Part shown: positions 22,316 to 33,259 of the stretch, piece by piece | Layout: every line of letters begins with the position of its first letter | How positions within the stretch are numbered: position 1 is the stretch's first letter | NCBI GenBank assembly: GCA_000708835.1 | Contig: DF237020.1 | Location: 124,001-188,000, forward strand | DNA: 64,000 nucleotides | Direction: 5' to 3' | From: Klebsormidium nitens | Lineage: Eukaryota > Plantae > Klebsormidiophyceae | Program-made: the position numbers and the translations under genes | The notes under the pieces: model-generated | What the model was told of the DNA's origin: nothing | Seen by the model: the letters and a program-made list of their open reading frames with translations, nothing else | Databases searched by the model: none

Positions 22316-25300
22316 ATGGGTGGAGGCGGAAGCAAGGTCGATGCAATGGCGGTAGTCAACTCCTCCGTTGACTTTCGACCTCCAATGGGGCCCCCTAGTG
22401 CTGACAACCCTTTGGTCTACTTTGACATCAAGCTGGGGCGCTATGGCGATGCCAAGCCGCTGGGCCGCATTGTGATGGAGGTGTGTTCCTGCTTGCGTAT
22501 ATCTGGGCGAAGAACAGAATGGGTGCAATTCAATTGGAGCAAATGGTCATGTATCTCTGGCGGCCCCACATTCCTCCTTCAGCTCTTGTGTCAGGCAGTG
22601 GCGTCGATTGAATGTGATGCATGTGCGCTTCCAATCAGCAATGGATGCTAGTGCTCATGATGGTGGATGTACTGATCGAGTCCTCTGATTAATGATCATT
22701 TGCCCACTTCCTTCAAGGTAGCACCGTCGAAGCTAGACAAAAAGCTAGACAAATGTAAAGAGTGCACCGCACCTCGAATCCACAAGTACATGGGATTTAA
22801 GGGCCCCGCTTTCACATGGAGCAATGTGGCGCCACAATATCATCTTCGAGGGGGTTCTGCTTTGCATGTTGGCCCTAGTTCCTTCTGGTGTTCAGGTGGT
22901 GATCTGCGAAGAAGTAGAACAGGAAGAAGTTGGAGTTAGCACTGGTTGTTGAGTCTGACTTCCTCTGGTCATGTTTCTAGGCTGATCATATTGGAGGATT
23001 GACTTCGGGTACCAGGGTGGAAGAATAGCACTAGGAACTAGCCACCTTCTCCATGTTGTCATAGTCACCCCGGCTGGGCATTCCCAATCAAATATGTATG
23101 CGCAGTTTGAACCTTAACAAGATTTCCATGCAAGTGAAGTTTCAATCTATGTACTACTGCTCCACATTCCAAGGCGGAACGAAATCTCAAAGCTTGCACC
23201 ATCCTTGATGCAGTTGAAGGCGGACGTTGTGCCTGAGACGGCGGAGAACTTCCTCCAGCTTTGCCAGCGGCCTGAGGGGCAGGGTTTCAAGAACTCAAGG
23301 TTTCACCGCGTTATCCCCACCTTCATGTGCCAAGGTAAGCCATCTTTCTCACGGTTCTCAACGCCAGGTCAGATCGAAAACCACTTGCGTTAGTCATTGA
23401 TGTCCTTCCTCATAATTTTCTTGTCCCCGGCCTTAGGAATCCTCTCATTCTGCATGGAAACCTGTACCCCCTTAGTCTCTACCCTTTGATGCATGAGTCG
23501 CCTGGAGTCTGCGACCTTAAGTTGACTGGCGAGAAGCAATGCTCTTCGTTGAGTCCTCGCTTTTGTCGCCCATAAGGAGACATGTTAGCAACAAGATGTC
23601 ATTGCTGCAGGTGGTGACTTCACCAACGACAACGGCACTGGGGGCCGCTCCATCTATGGGAACAAGTTCCCTGATGAGAACTTCATCCTCAGGCACGTTG
23701 GACCTGGTGAGAGGTCAGCTTTGGTAATCTCGCAAGATTGCAATATCTGACCGAGCAGCATCTTGACCGCCGGGCATAGAACCTCTTCCATAGATCTCTT
23801 TCAGCTCAACCGGTGAGAAATGCTTGCAGGCTCGGATTATTTTTATGGATAGTTATTCCCATCGTCAGAACGGAGTATTCGACGAATTGGCGTTCTTGAT
23901 CCACACTTTTTCCCTTGCAGGCATCCTTTCCATGGCAAACGCTGGCCCAAACACCAATGGATCGCAGGTAAAGCGCCAAGGATTGTTCCAGTGAAGATTT
24001 GTTTCGTCAGCAAAGACAATTTTTAAGAATGTCGTATGCTTTTACCGGCTGTGCAAAAGCCGTGGAAAGCTGTTGCCCTCACTTAGCTGTGCTACGTCAG
24101 CATATCGTGTTGTCATCTTTCGTTTTGCAAAGAACCGGATATCTTCGCAATGGATTAAAGATCTTCGTGCTACAGTAGGTTCTCAGGGTTTTCTGCTCAT
24201 CAAAGAAGAAAGCAGAGGCAGTATATTAGCAATTTCACAATGTTGAGCCTCCGCTTCGAGCTGTCAGCTTTGTTCTCTTGTTCGGAGTACTCGACTAAGC
24301 TTGTTTCTGTCTCTCGTTGCACAGTTTTTCCTCTGTGTTGCTGCTACACCTTGGTAAGGCTTCTGTCTAAGTCTTGCCCGTTGATTCTAATTGCTTGGCG
24401 CCAGATGCGCTTGAAAGAGCATGTGCCACTTGAAGTTGGTTTCTCCTCATGTTTCTTGAATGAGGTTCCATTTGACGAATTTTTCGCACCAATTGAACTC
24501 TCTCAAGCTTGTGTCCTGCGTCTGATGCTAACATCAAGATCTGGGCGTGCATGATTGGCCACGAAACTAACCAAGTGCTCATGCTACAGGTTGGACAACA
24601 AGCACGTGGTCTTTGGACAGGTCGTGGACGTAAGCACAACCGCTTTCGGGCTCTTGTTGTCTCTTACAGAGTGCCAAAGTCGGCCAAAAGAAGTTGTCCA
24701 TGTAGTGTGAGAAGTCCAAGAGACGCAGAAGGATTTTCATGACGGCAAACATTCGTACCTTTCAATTGCAGCAGACAGACAAACACGGTGTCGCGAACGG
24801 CTCTTCTAGATTTTAGAGCGCTTGCGTAATTCTTTTTTTCCCTGAAAGAGATGAGCTTACGAAGGATCAAGGCGTAATACGGACTGGAGCCTGTGTTGAC
24901 GCCTTATGGATCATTTCGTCTTCGGAACTGTCTCTTGTTCACGCTGCTGTGACCACCACTGCAGGGTTACAACGTCGTGAAGGCAATCGAGGCTCTCGGC
25001 AGTAGGAGCGGGGACACGTCCGAGGTACGTTCTAGCTGCTCTTGCTGCTAGGTCGAACGGACGCCTGGTTTGAGGGAGAACAGTTGGGTTGGCTTAAAGC
25101 AATCACCAATTCTTCTCGACCTTTCTACTGAGATTCGATGTGAAGCCTGTTACGTATTGACAAGCTGCAGAGCGGAAATAATACGACAGAACTTGGACCG
25201 ACAAGTATTTGAAGAGATCTGCAGAAAAGAAGCCCACTCTTTCGGCGCTTTGATCTTTCAGCTTTGGTGGCACGTGCAGCCGGACCTGGCAAACGATGTA

Positions 25301-26535
25301 GAAACAAGTGCCTAGGATGCAGCGCGACGTTTGATATTCCAACTCGAAGCATCTGAGCGCTACGTTTGACTGACATTCTTGAACCGTTTGGATTTCGTAT
25401 CCATTGACGATTCCGGAATTAGTGTTCAGCAGGAGAGCTCGGTGTAGGTCATTGCCCCTGCAAAGCCGCAACTCATCGATCCGTGGGCCTTCGTAAGTAA
25501 GCGTACATAGCTTCTCTACTCCTCCCACACTCTCTAACCACTGAAAAGCCTTACCTTCTGAACAACAGGACATCATGATTGCCGACTGCGGTGTCGTTTC
25601 CGCCACAACTGCGCGCGCGTCGTCGGCCGTCGCCCCCAGAGTGGCAGCCCCGGTTAGATCCGCGGCCCCCACTTGGGCGAAGCATAGCCTGAGCGGAGCA
25701 GCTTCAGCGGCAGCGGCTGACGTTGCCAGGCGGGGCAAATGTGCGCCCGTTCGCACGCACACGATCCAGACTGTCCGCCAAAACGCTCCGGGAACAGCTC
25801 GGTTCATGCCGGTCGGAACGGTGGCATCGAGGGGGACAAACAACATGGTGAGCCTCCTTTCCAGAACAGTTTGGGTGGTTCAGATTGACCCGCTGGACGT
25901 GGGTTTATACGGGTTGTCTGTGACTTGTTGCATCCGACAACGATCCCGACGATCGCTGCGATGCTGAGTATCCTGCGGAAGGACTTTGTGACTTAGAGTT
26001 GCCGGCCTGGACCCCGGCTCCTTCCAGTGCTCCCCGCATCAACAATCGACTTCGACCGTAACTTACGAGTTTGCCCTCGTTCCGCCTATAATAAGCAGAG
26101 GCGGGTTCAGCTCGGCCACTCGCGATCTACGTCGTCCTTTCCATGGGTTCTGTGAGCGTAATGTGCCGGTGCCAAGTGCGTAAAGTGCTCCGTGCCTACG
26201 AATTGCGGTTCGATAGTTCTTGAGAACGGGGCCAGTCTTCTGCGCCATGTCTACGTCAGCCCACATTTTCCCGTTCCAAACATCCTGCCGAGACAAATGG
26301 CCGACCACGAACCCGTGCGTCTTTGAGACTGTCACGTGCACTTTACGGCGTCGGCTCACATTTGTCGCTCTGTTGCACTCTTACGGCGTCGCAAACTTTG
26401 CGACCCTGACTTGGATCTTAGGTCACCAGATGTCCTAGCGGTGCTGAAATGCCCTCTCTTCCTCTCCTTGTGCAGACGAGCACAGTGGTCGCCAATGTAA
26501 GAATGCCCATCAGGTCATTGACCTTCGCAGGTTGA
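22316..26535 (+). CDS. Cyclophilin-type peptidyl-prolyl isomerase (paralog A) with a possible N-myristoylation motif and a ~100-aa basic Ala/Ser/Thr-rich C-terminal tail
   Basis: Exons are 22316-22480, 23214-23334, 23611-23706, 23921-23967, 24325-24353 (29-nt microexon [10 protein letters not shown]), 24590-24629, 24965-25024, 25569-25847 and 26476-26535. Motifs are [44 protein letters not shown] and [12 protein letters not shown]. Confidence 0.93.
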
Positions 26536-27392
26536 CCATGGTGCAAGGCACAATTTTGTCAGATGCAATCAGTTGTGAGGCAACCATAGACTTAGTAAAA
26601 CAGGGTTTCTAACGACCCGCGTTGAGTTGGTTATCTGAAATCAATTCGTCAATTTTGATCGACTTGCGGCAGCGCTGATAACACAATAGCATTCTCAGAT
26701 CCTCTATGTGTTCGATGTGTGTCTCCAAGACCTGTGTCTCCTGCCTTTCATTGTAGCATGTTGCCATGTTAAACATCAATATAAGTCAAGTCTGTATGCG
26801 CCGTGGTATAACAGGGAGATGCCAACGACGAGTTGGTTGTTGCATTATTTTTATGCACGCTCTATGAGAAGCTCGTGGCAGTAATCACCATGCACGTTGA
26901 CCAGATGGCAGTCGTTAAATCTGCATCACCAAACTACTTCACCGGAGTCAATAAACTTGAGGGAACACGTTCTTCATATTGGATCTTGCATGGTCAGATT
27001 TGTAGATGTCGAATGGCTATTCTATATGGTATGCGAGTAAAAGCGTCCCAAAAGCGTCATGGCTTCAAAGTTCAGATATCTTAGAAGTGAAGATATTTGA
27101 TAGATATCTGTCCGACGTGTGTTCGTTGCAACCGTCGATGCCCTCCGAACGTCGTTGGCCGATTATCCCTGCAAACAGAAACCGTCCGATAGAAATTTTC
27201 CTTCTTGGACGTTTCCGATGAATGCAATGTTGAGCCAGATCCTTTCCTGGCTAGGCCCATGAAAACTTGAAGTTGCAGGTTGCAGCATTTGCAACTGAAA
27301 GAAACCCCTTGCAGGACGCATCTTGTGACGCTTTTTAGGAGCCAAGAACTGCACAACGGCTCCTTTCTGTGCGCAGGTACTATCCAGCAGCC

Positions 27393-27893
27393 ATGCCTCG
27401 CTCTCAGAAAAATGACAACTTCATTGACAAGACGTTCACCATTATCGCGGACATCCTGTTGCGCACAATGCCGACGAGCTCCCGCGAGAAGGAGGCATTT
27501 GCGTACTACAGGGACGGCATGTCTGCGCAGGCTGAGGGCGAGTATGCAGAGGCCCTGCAGAATTACTACGAGGCGATGCGCCTAGAAGTCGATCCCTATG
27601 ACCGCAGCTACATCCTGTACAACATCGGGCTCATTCACACCAGCAACGGCGAGCACACGAGGGCGCTTGAGTACTACTACCAGGCGCTGGAGCGAAACCC
27701 TGCACTGCCGCAGGCGCTGAACAACATTGCAGTGATTTGCCACTACAGGGGCGAGCAGGCAATTGAGCAGGGCGAGCCCGAGCAAGCGGAGTCACTCTTT
27801 GACCAGGCGGCCGAGTACTGGAAGCAGGCGTTGAGCCTCGCCCCAACCAATTACATGGAGGCGCAGAATTGGCTGGTGGTCACGGGGCGGTCC
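27393..27893 (+). other. ycf3: Ycf3 domain (photosystem I assembly TPR protein), 167 aa, nuclear copy
   Basis: The sequence [24 protein letters not shown]...[54 protein letters not shown]...[14 protein letters not shown]...AAEYWKQA...[13 protein letters not shown] is recognisably full-length plastid-type Ycf3. Confidence 0.97.
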
Positions 27894-30800
27894 AACCCGG
27901 GGGAGAACATGTCGTCAGGCACTCTGAGGGCTAGGGCTAATTTCAGCGAGAGAAACAGCAATGAGTTCAAGCTGGACGGCATGAAGACTGATGCCTTCAC
28001 GGGGGCTGCGGACAACGCACCGGTAGACAGGAAGTCTGTAGACTACCAGCCGCCGTTGGGCCAGCCAAACCCCGAGAACCCTGTTGTGTTCTTGGATGTC
28101 AAGCTGGGACGTGGAGACGGGAAGCAACTTGGACGGATCGTTATTGAGGTAAGGAAATTGGCGACCACGTGTATTCGTGCAATGCTGTGGCGCTGAGCTG
28201 TTCTTGTTATTACAATCTTATATATGGCCAAAGCTTGATTTTCGAGGCATTTTGAAAGGGGTTGATATCTTATGTCAAACTTGTGAAGGGGATTTATGTT
28301 TGGGCTGGCCGGAAAGTGCATGGCCTAATCTCAATCTAAGTGATGAAGACACTCAGCAATCGGATTGTCATTACCACCACCTTCTATAGTGACGAGCTTT
28401 TTGGTGCACAACATGTTCAAAAGTCCTCTTCTGAAGAGAGCCAGCTCTGCTGTGTCAAGTGTCTAGGTTTCTGTTTCCTCATCAAGTGTATCACCCACTG
28501 CGCGTAAGGAAGCCTCTCATTTATGTATCCTCACAAAGGCCAGTGAATATTTACCTGTCTGTTTGGAGACGCCCCTTCTCTATCACCAATTTAGGGGACA
28601 TTTTGATTCTACTGGTCTCGCTTCCTTGCAGTTGAAGAAGGACGTCGTCCCCAAGACTGCGGAGAATTTCCTCCAGCTGTGCCAGCAGCCGGCGGGTCAG
28701 GGTTTCAAGGAATCAAGGTTCCACCGCATTATCCCCGGCTTTATGTGCCAAGGTAAGAGGTTCTTGGTGGAAGGTGGACGCACATGTACCCTGACTAATC
28801 CCAGATTGTGTATTTTTCTGCATCTCCAGCAATTTGATGAATGTAAGAAGTCCCTTTGGAAACTGCAATGATTCTTGCGGAGTAACCTTATGATGGACAA
28901 ACTTGACTTACCACGAGATGGCTGACAGAATAAGTTTAATTAATGTCAAGAATGTGTCTTATCCTTTTCAGGTGGGGACTTCACGGATGACAATGGAACG
29001 GGCGGTCGCTCCATCTATGGCGACAGCTTCCCGGACGAGGACTTTTCTCTGAAGCACACCGGGCCAGGTACGGTTTTTTTCTTGTCTCCTGTCAGTTTAT
29101 CTGCACCAGTTCACTTGTTGACGAGTCTTCTTTCATGCAGATCAGCCTCGCCTCAGCAGATTTGGGTCCAGAGCCATTTTGACACTTGACTCGCATGGTC
29201 CAGGTGGAGGTCATAGCTGTTGTTGCGGCAGATTCGGCATGCATTTGCAGGTTTCGTATTTGCCTCAGCGGTGCAAGTTCACACCTGTCCTCCTGTCTTG
29301 CAATTGACTTTCTGCCTGTTGTTGCTCAGCAGTCCTGTGATGACATTATCCTAAAGTTCATGGTATAGTCATCTTACTGGGACACTCATGGTTCGTTTGG
29401 ATTTCAGGGTGTGGGTAGTGTGCGGCGCAGGTTACTTTCCGGATTTACGTTGCAGTGTTACTTGAATGCTCATTACTACATTAGCTTAGTATAACCTCTC
29501 TTAAGAAACACAGTTCTGCGGCTCCTTGTGCAGGTGTTCTGTCTATGGCGAATGCTGGACCTGACACCAATGGGTCCCAGGTAAGCCTGTTTGCACCATT
29601 ATAAAAAGTACAGCAATTGGTCAATTGGAATCGAAGCTATGGTCCGAGTTGCGTGGCAAGTTTGATCATTCTCACTGCAAATTATTTATCTGAATCTGTT
29701 TGGTCAAAGTCATGCAACAGAGCGTCGGAAGCTCTGGAAAAGCACAGGCTTGTAGCAGAGAAGCAGGCCCGGTTTAATTTGAGAGAAGCAAGGTAGAATA
29801 AGCTCTAAGATAGGCCGTCGAATGGTTAAAAAGTTTAACAAGGGCATGGGGAGGCTGTTTCTGACCTCTCGCCGCTGCCTTGTCGGATTGTATTGAGAAA
29901 AACGCACAACTTTCGTTTCTAAACTGTTTTTCTGACTGCGCAGTTCTTCCTCTGCGTTGCCTCGACGCCTTGGTAAGCATCGTTCAAAGCCTGAAGTAAT
30001 TGACATGCACCATTGACGAGTGGGGCTTCCTGTAGTGGCCAAAAGTCGTTTCCCGCACTCTCCGACTGCTCTTTGAGGCAGCCCATCTCCCATTTGCAGC
30101 CATGTGCAGATTCATGTAGTCATGAGCAGTCAGAGTTTTGGCCACTTCGGCACCCGCTATGAAGTATGTCTCAGGACCGGTTCTCATGGTCATTCGACAC
30201 TCTCTCCTAACATTGCAGGTTGGACGGAAAGCACGTCGTCTTCGGGCAGGTCATTGAGGTAAGGAACCTGCCTCGCATCGCTCTGAGGGTTGTTCCAGCA
30301 GACGACGCTTTCATTTAATGCTCGTAATTCTCAAGTAGTGACGGATCACTTATAAACTGTTACGAGCAAGAGCGAGATCTAGTCTTCATGGGGCTTTGGT
30401 GTTCGTCATCAGACACGTGGCATCCAAGCGGCCCCCATTTTTGAGAGCAAAGCACGTGAAAGGCCGTGCTGACGAGTCGGGGCACCTGTATTCGCTGCCC
30501 TTAGTCTCCTCGTTTCAAGGAGGTGAAAACGAAAGGTCTGCGATTCATTTTTACAAGAAGGAATGAGGGCCTAGATTTGCAGGTATACTCTTAAGTTGGT
30601 GATCCCCTGAAGATCCACAGAGGTTCTAGTTCTGCTACGTTTTGGAGTGTCATGGTCTTGATTTTCAACTCGAATCTGTAACGCGCAGGGCTACGAAGTC
30701 GTGAAGGCGATCGAGGCCATTGGGAGCCAGAGCGGGGAGACGTCCGAGGTAGGACCTTTTGCGGAATCATTGTTGTCACGGCTTCTTTTATGTGGGGTCA

Positions 30801-32001
30801 AAGGGTTTGCGGATCCTCGCGCCCTCTGAATCTTTGGACGACGTCAGCCTCTGGCCGAATATGGTCGTATCGGACACAGTTGCCGAAAAAGTTCCTCAAG
30901 GCCGGTCCGTTTTACAAGACCATCGCACTCATGCCTGCTCCAGAGCACGGGCAACGAAGTGCATCCGTCACTTGATGCACAATCTATCCTATTCCCTATT
31001 TTTCCCTCTGTGTCTACCAAAAGGTCTGCTTTCTTGGTCTTGAAATGAAGCCTTTGCAAGGACCCAGATCACCACTTCTTGTTTTCCACGTTGAATCTCG
31101 AAGCGCTCGATCACGGCACAGCCGCTGTTTGCCGCCCCCACTCGCCAGTAGTATGTGGGTGATTAAGTTGACCCGCCTCCGCATCAAGTAGGGCAAACTT
31201 TGCAAGATATCTTTACATCTCGGATCGTGTCAGCTCGTCACGGCCGTCAGCTCCCATCTCTGTGTCCAATCTGTTGCCCGCTTAGCACACCGTCCCTTGC
31301 TTTCAGGACGTCATGATTGCCGACTGCGGCGTCGTGTCAGCCAAGGTCACGGCCCACGTGGTCGCCCCTGCGACGCTCCCGCGGGCCCCGCTCCGTTCGG
31401 CCCCTGTCTCCCCAGCCTGGGCGAGGTCATCTCTGGGTGGAGCCGCTTTCCAAACGGCTTCGGATGTTGCCCACGGTGTTCGGACGGGGGTTGTTCCTAG
31501 GGCGGCGGTCCGAACGTCCGCTCCTAGGGTGGCCCGGTTCGTGCCGGCGGTGGTTGTTGCTGCCGGGACCGCGCCTCAGTTGGTGAGCCATGTAACTCTC
31601 AAGTCTTCGAAAGATTATTGCCATGAGGAGTAGCAGCGACACTTACCCCAAAAGCTGAACTCGGATTTAACGATGCTCCGCACCCTTTGATAGCTTAACT
31701 CCCTGGCTATTCCCACCCGTCCCTGGGCTTCGGTATATACCTTCATGGCGCTTAATCTTAATGAGTCCGACCGAAATGTTTCATTCGGAACCGTTGAAAA
31801 ATGAACGAGCACAAGCCACCACTTTGTTTGCGGATTTCAGCTGCTTAACTTCACTTTTGTGGCCGGAATATTTGCGACTCGGACAACTTCTTTCGTCTGG
31901 TCACGCAGGGTGGTGCGCTGATTTCTGCTGCGTTTCTCTTGCAGGCGCGCTCGTTTGTTGCTGGAGCCAGGATGCCCGTTCGAGCCTTCGCCTTTGCATA
32001 A
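27393..32001 (+). CDS. Ycf3-cyclophilin fusion protein (paralog B); true start may lie upstream of 27393
   Basis: Exons are (27339/27377/27393)-28148, 28632-28752, 28972-29067, 29534-29580, 29944-29972, 30219-30258, 30689-30748, 31307-31582 and 31945-32001. The first exon encodes full Ycf3, a linker and the cyclophilin N-terminus with no stop. All 8 intron positions match paralog [17 protein letters not shown] and [14 protein letters not shown] are intact. Confidence 0.88.
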
Positions 32002-33259
32002 CGAGTGCACCATGGATTATAAATTGGACATATGATACGGGCCTCTGAAGTCATAGGTTTTCGTACCCGTCCACGTTGAGGCGTCATTTGGTCTCGCATA
32101 GAAGCACAAGTTGTGAAGCAACCACAAGGTTGTCTAGAAGTTTGCAGATTATTTCGTACATGAGGGTTGCATGAGAACATTGCGTGCAGGAGATGTTTGG
32201 TCAGGCGCTGAATTGGGGGCCCCGGATCCAGAATTATTCGCTTCAACATTGTATTGAAAATCTCGTCGGCATGGCCGGCCAGGCTAATCAATCCGACGGA
32301 CTCACCGACCAATTAAGGCTCAGTGGTTTGTAGGACGACTGCAACTGCACGCACAACTCCAAGATCTGCATGCATGCATGGAAACTCCTCATCCGGAATG
32401 CATTACTTTCGGAGCTGGCTATTGCGCAGCGCATGTCATGCATCTAGGTAACATGCACGCCATGGCGTGCAGCTCGCACCTTTCCAAATATTCAAAGCTG
32501 TCTGATGATTGATCGTACATATGTTTAGAGCTTTGTTCCGTCATGCGGTCGATCAATTCTCACATGGTCACGCATGCAAAGGATCGTGCATATCTTGTGA
32601 ACGGGTACATGGTGCGCAGGTAAGATCGTTTATAAGAGTCTGGGCCGTTGAGACAATTATCAAATTGCGCATGGATGTACTGCACTTGCCGCCATGTGGA
32701 CTAGCAACGCCACGATCGAAAGATTTCACGTGCACGGGGAATCGCACATCCGCATGAAGGACCACCGGCAACGTTTTAATCTCGGCGCCTTCCAGGAAAG
32801 ACTTCGCTTAGGTGGGACCGTAAGGATGCATCTGACATCTCCAGGCTATCACGTTCATTTTCATGGCTTACACAAGCCACGTTCCGCTTCCTCCCAAGCA
32901 TAAAGTTCAGTGCATTTCTCTGCAAATAGAAAATGAATTCCTCATGAGAATCAATCACGATCTTCCTGTCTGTAACGAGCAAGATTCAGATTACGGAAAT
33001 CGAGTGACGAGTTCGACATCAAGAGAGACTGCCACAGATGGTTCGCAGAAGACCAAAGCAGGAAAGTGGACTGGTGACAAGCCTGAACATCTCAAACATG
33101 GCCGTGGCTGATAAGCAGCTCCTCCATTGCAAGCTCATGAAACGCAGGAAACTCATCACCTGACACGTAGCTTCCAAGACGCTTGAGCAATAGCTTCGAT
33201 TCCTGGGCCTACCTTAGATTCCCGTGGTGTCTCGCCAAACAGGGGTGCGTCGACGATCG

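Noticed and set aside
25103-25846. 247-aa minus-strand ORF and similar long antisense ORFs (7485-8129, 9560-10144, 14364-14975, 17398-18105, 57518-58459)
   Set aside because: These are shadows of GC-rich coding exons on the other strand or frame, with no recognisable domains.
27393-27893. Ycf3 as a recent NUPT or a plastid/cyanobacterial contaminant contig
   Set aside because: The codons are GC-rich, no flanking plastid genes are present, the frame is continuous with a spliceosomal-intron-containing nuclear gene, and the protein is conserved despite nucleotide remodelling.
27339-31582. Back-splicing of donor 31582 to acceptor 27339 would give a stop-free circular ORF
   Set aside because: Phase compatibility (0/0) is common by chance and nothing in the sequence supports circularisation. 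It is recorded only as something to check in back-splice reads.
32340-32720. Dense CATG/TGCA (RY-like) palindromes downstream of the fusion gene; similar at 50950-51450
   Set aside because: Both lie in convergent 3' intergenic regions, form no extended stem, and look like compositional bias of UTR or intergenic DNA.
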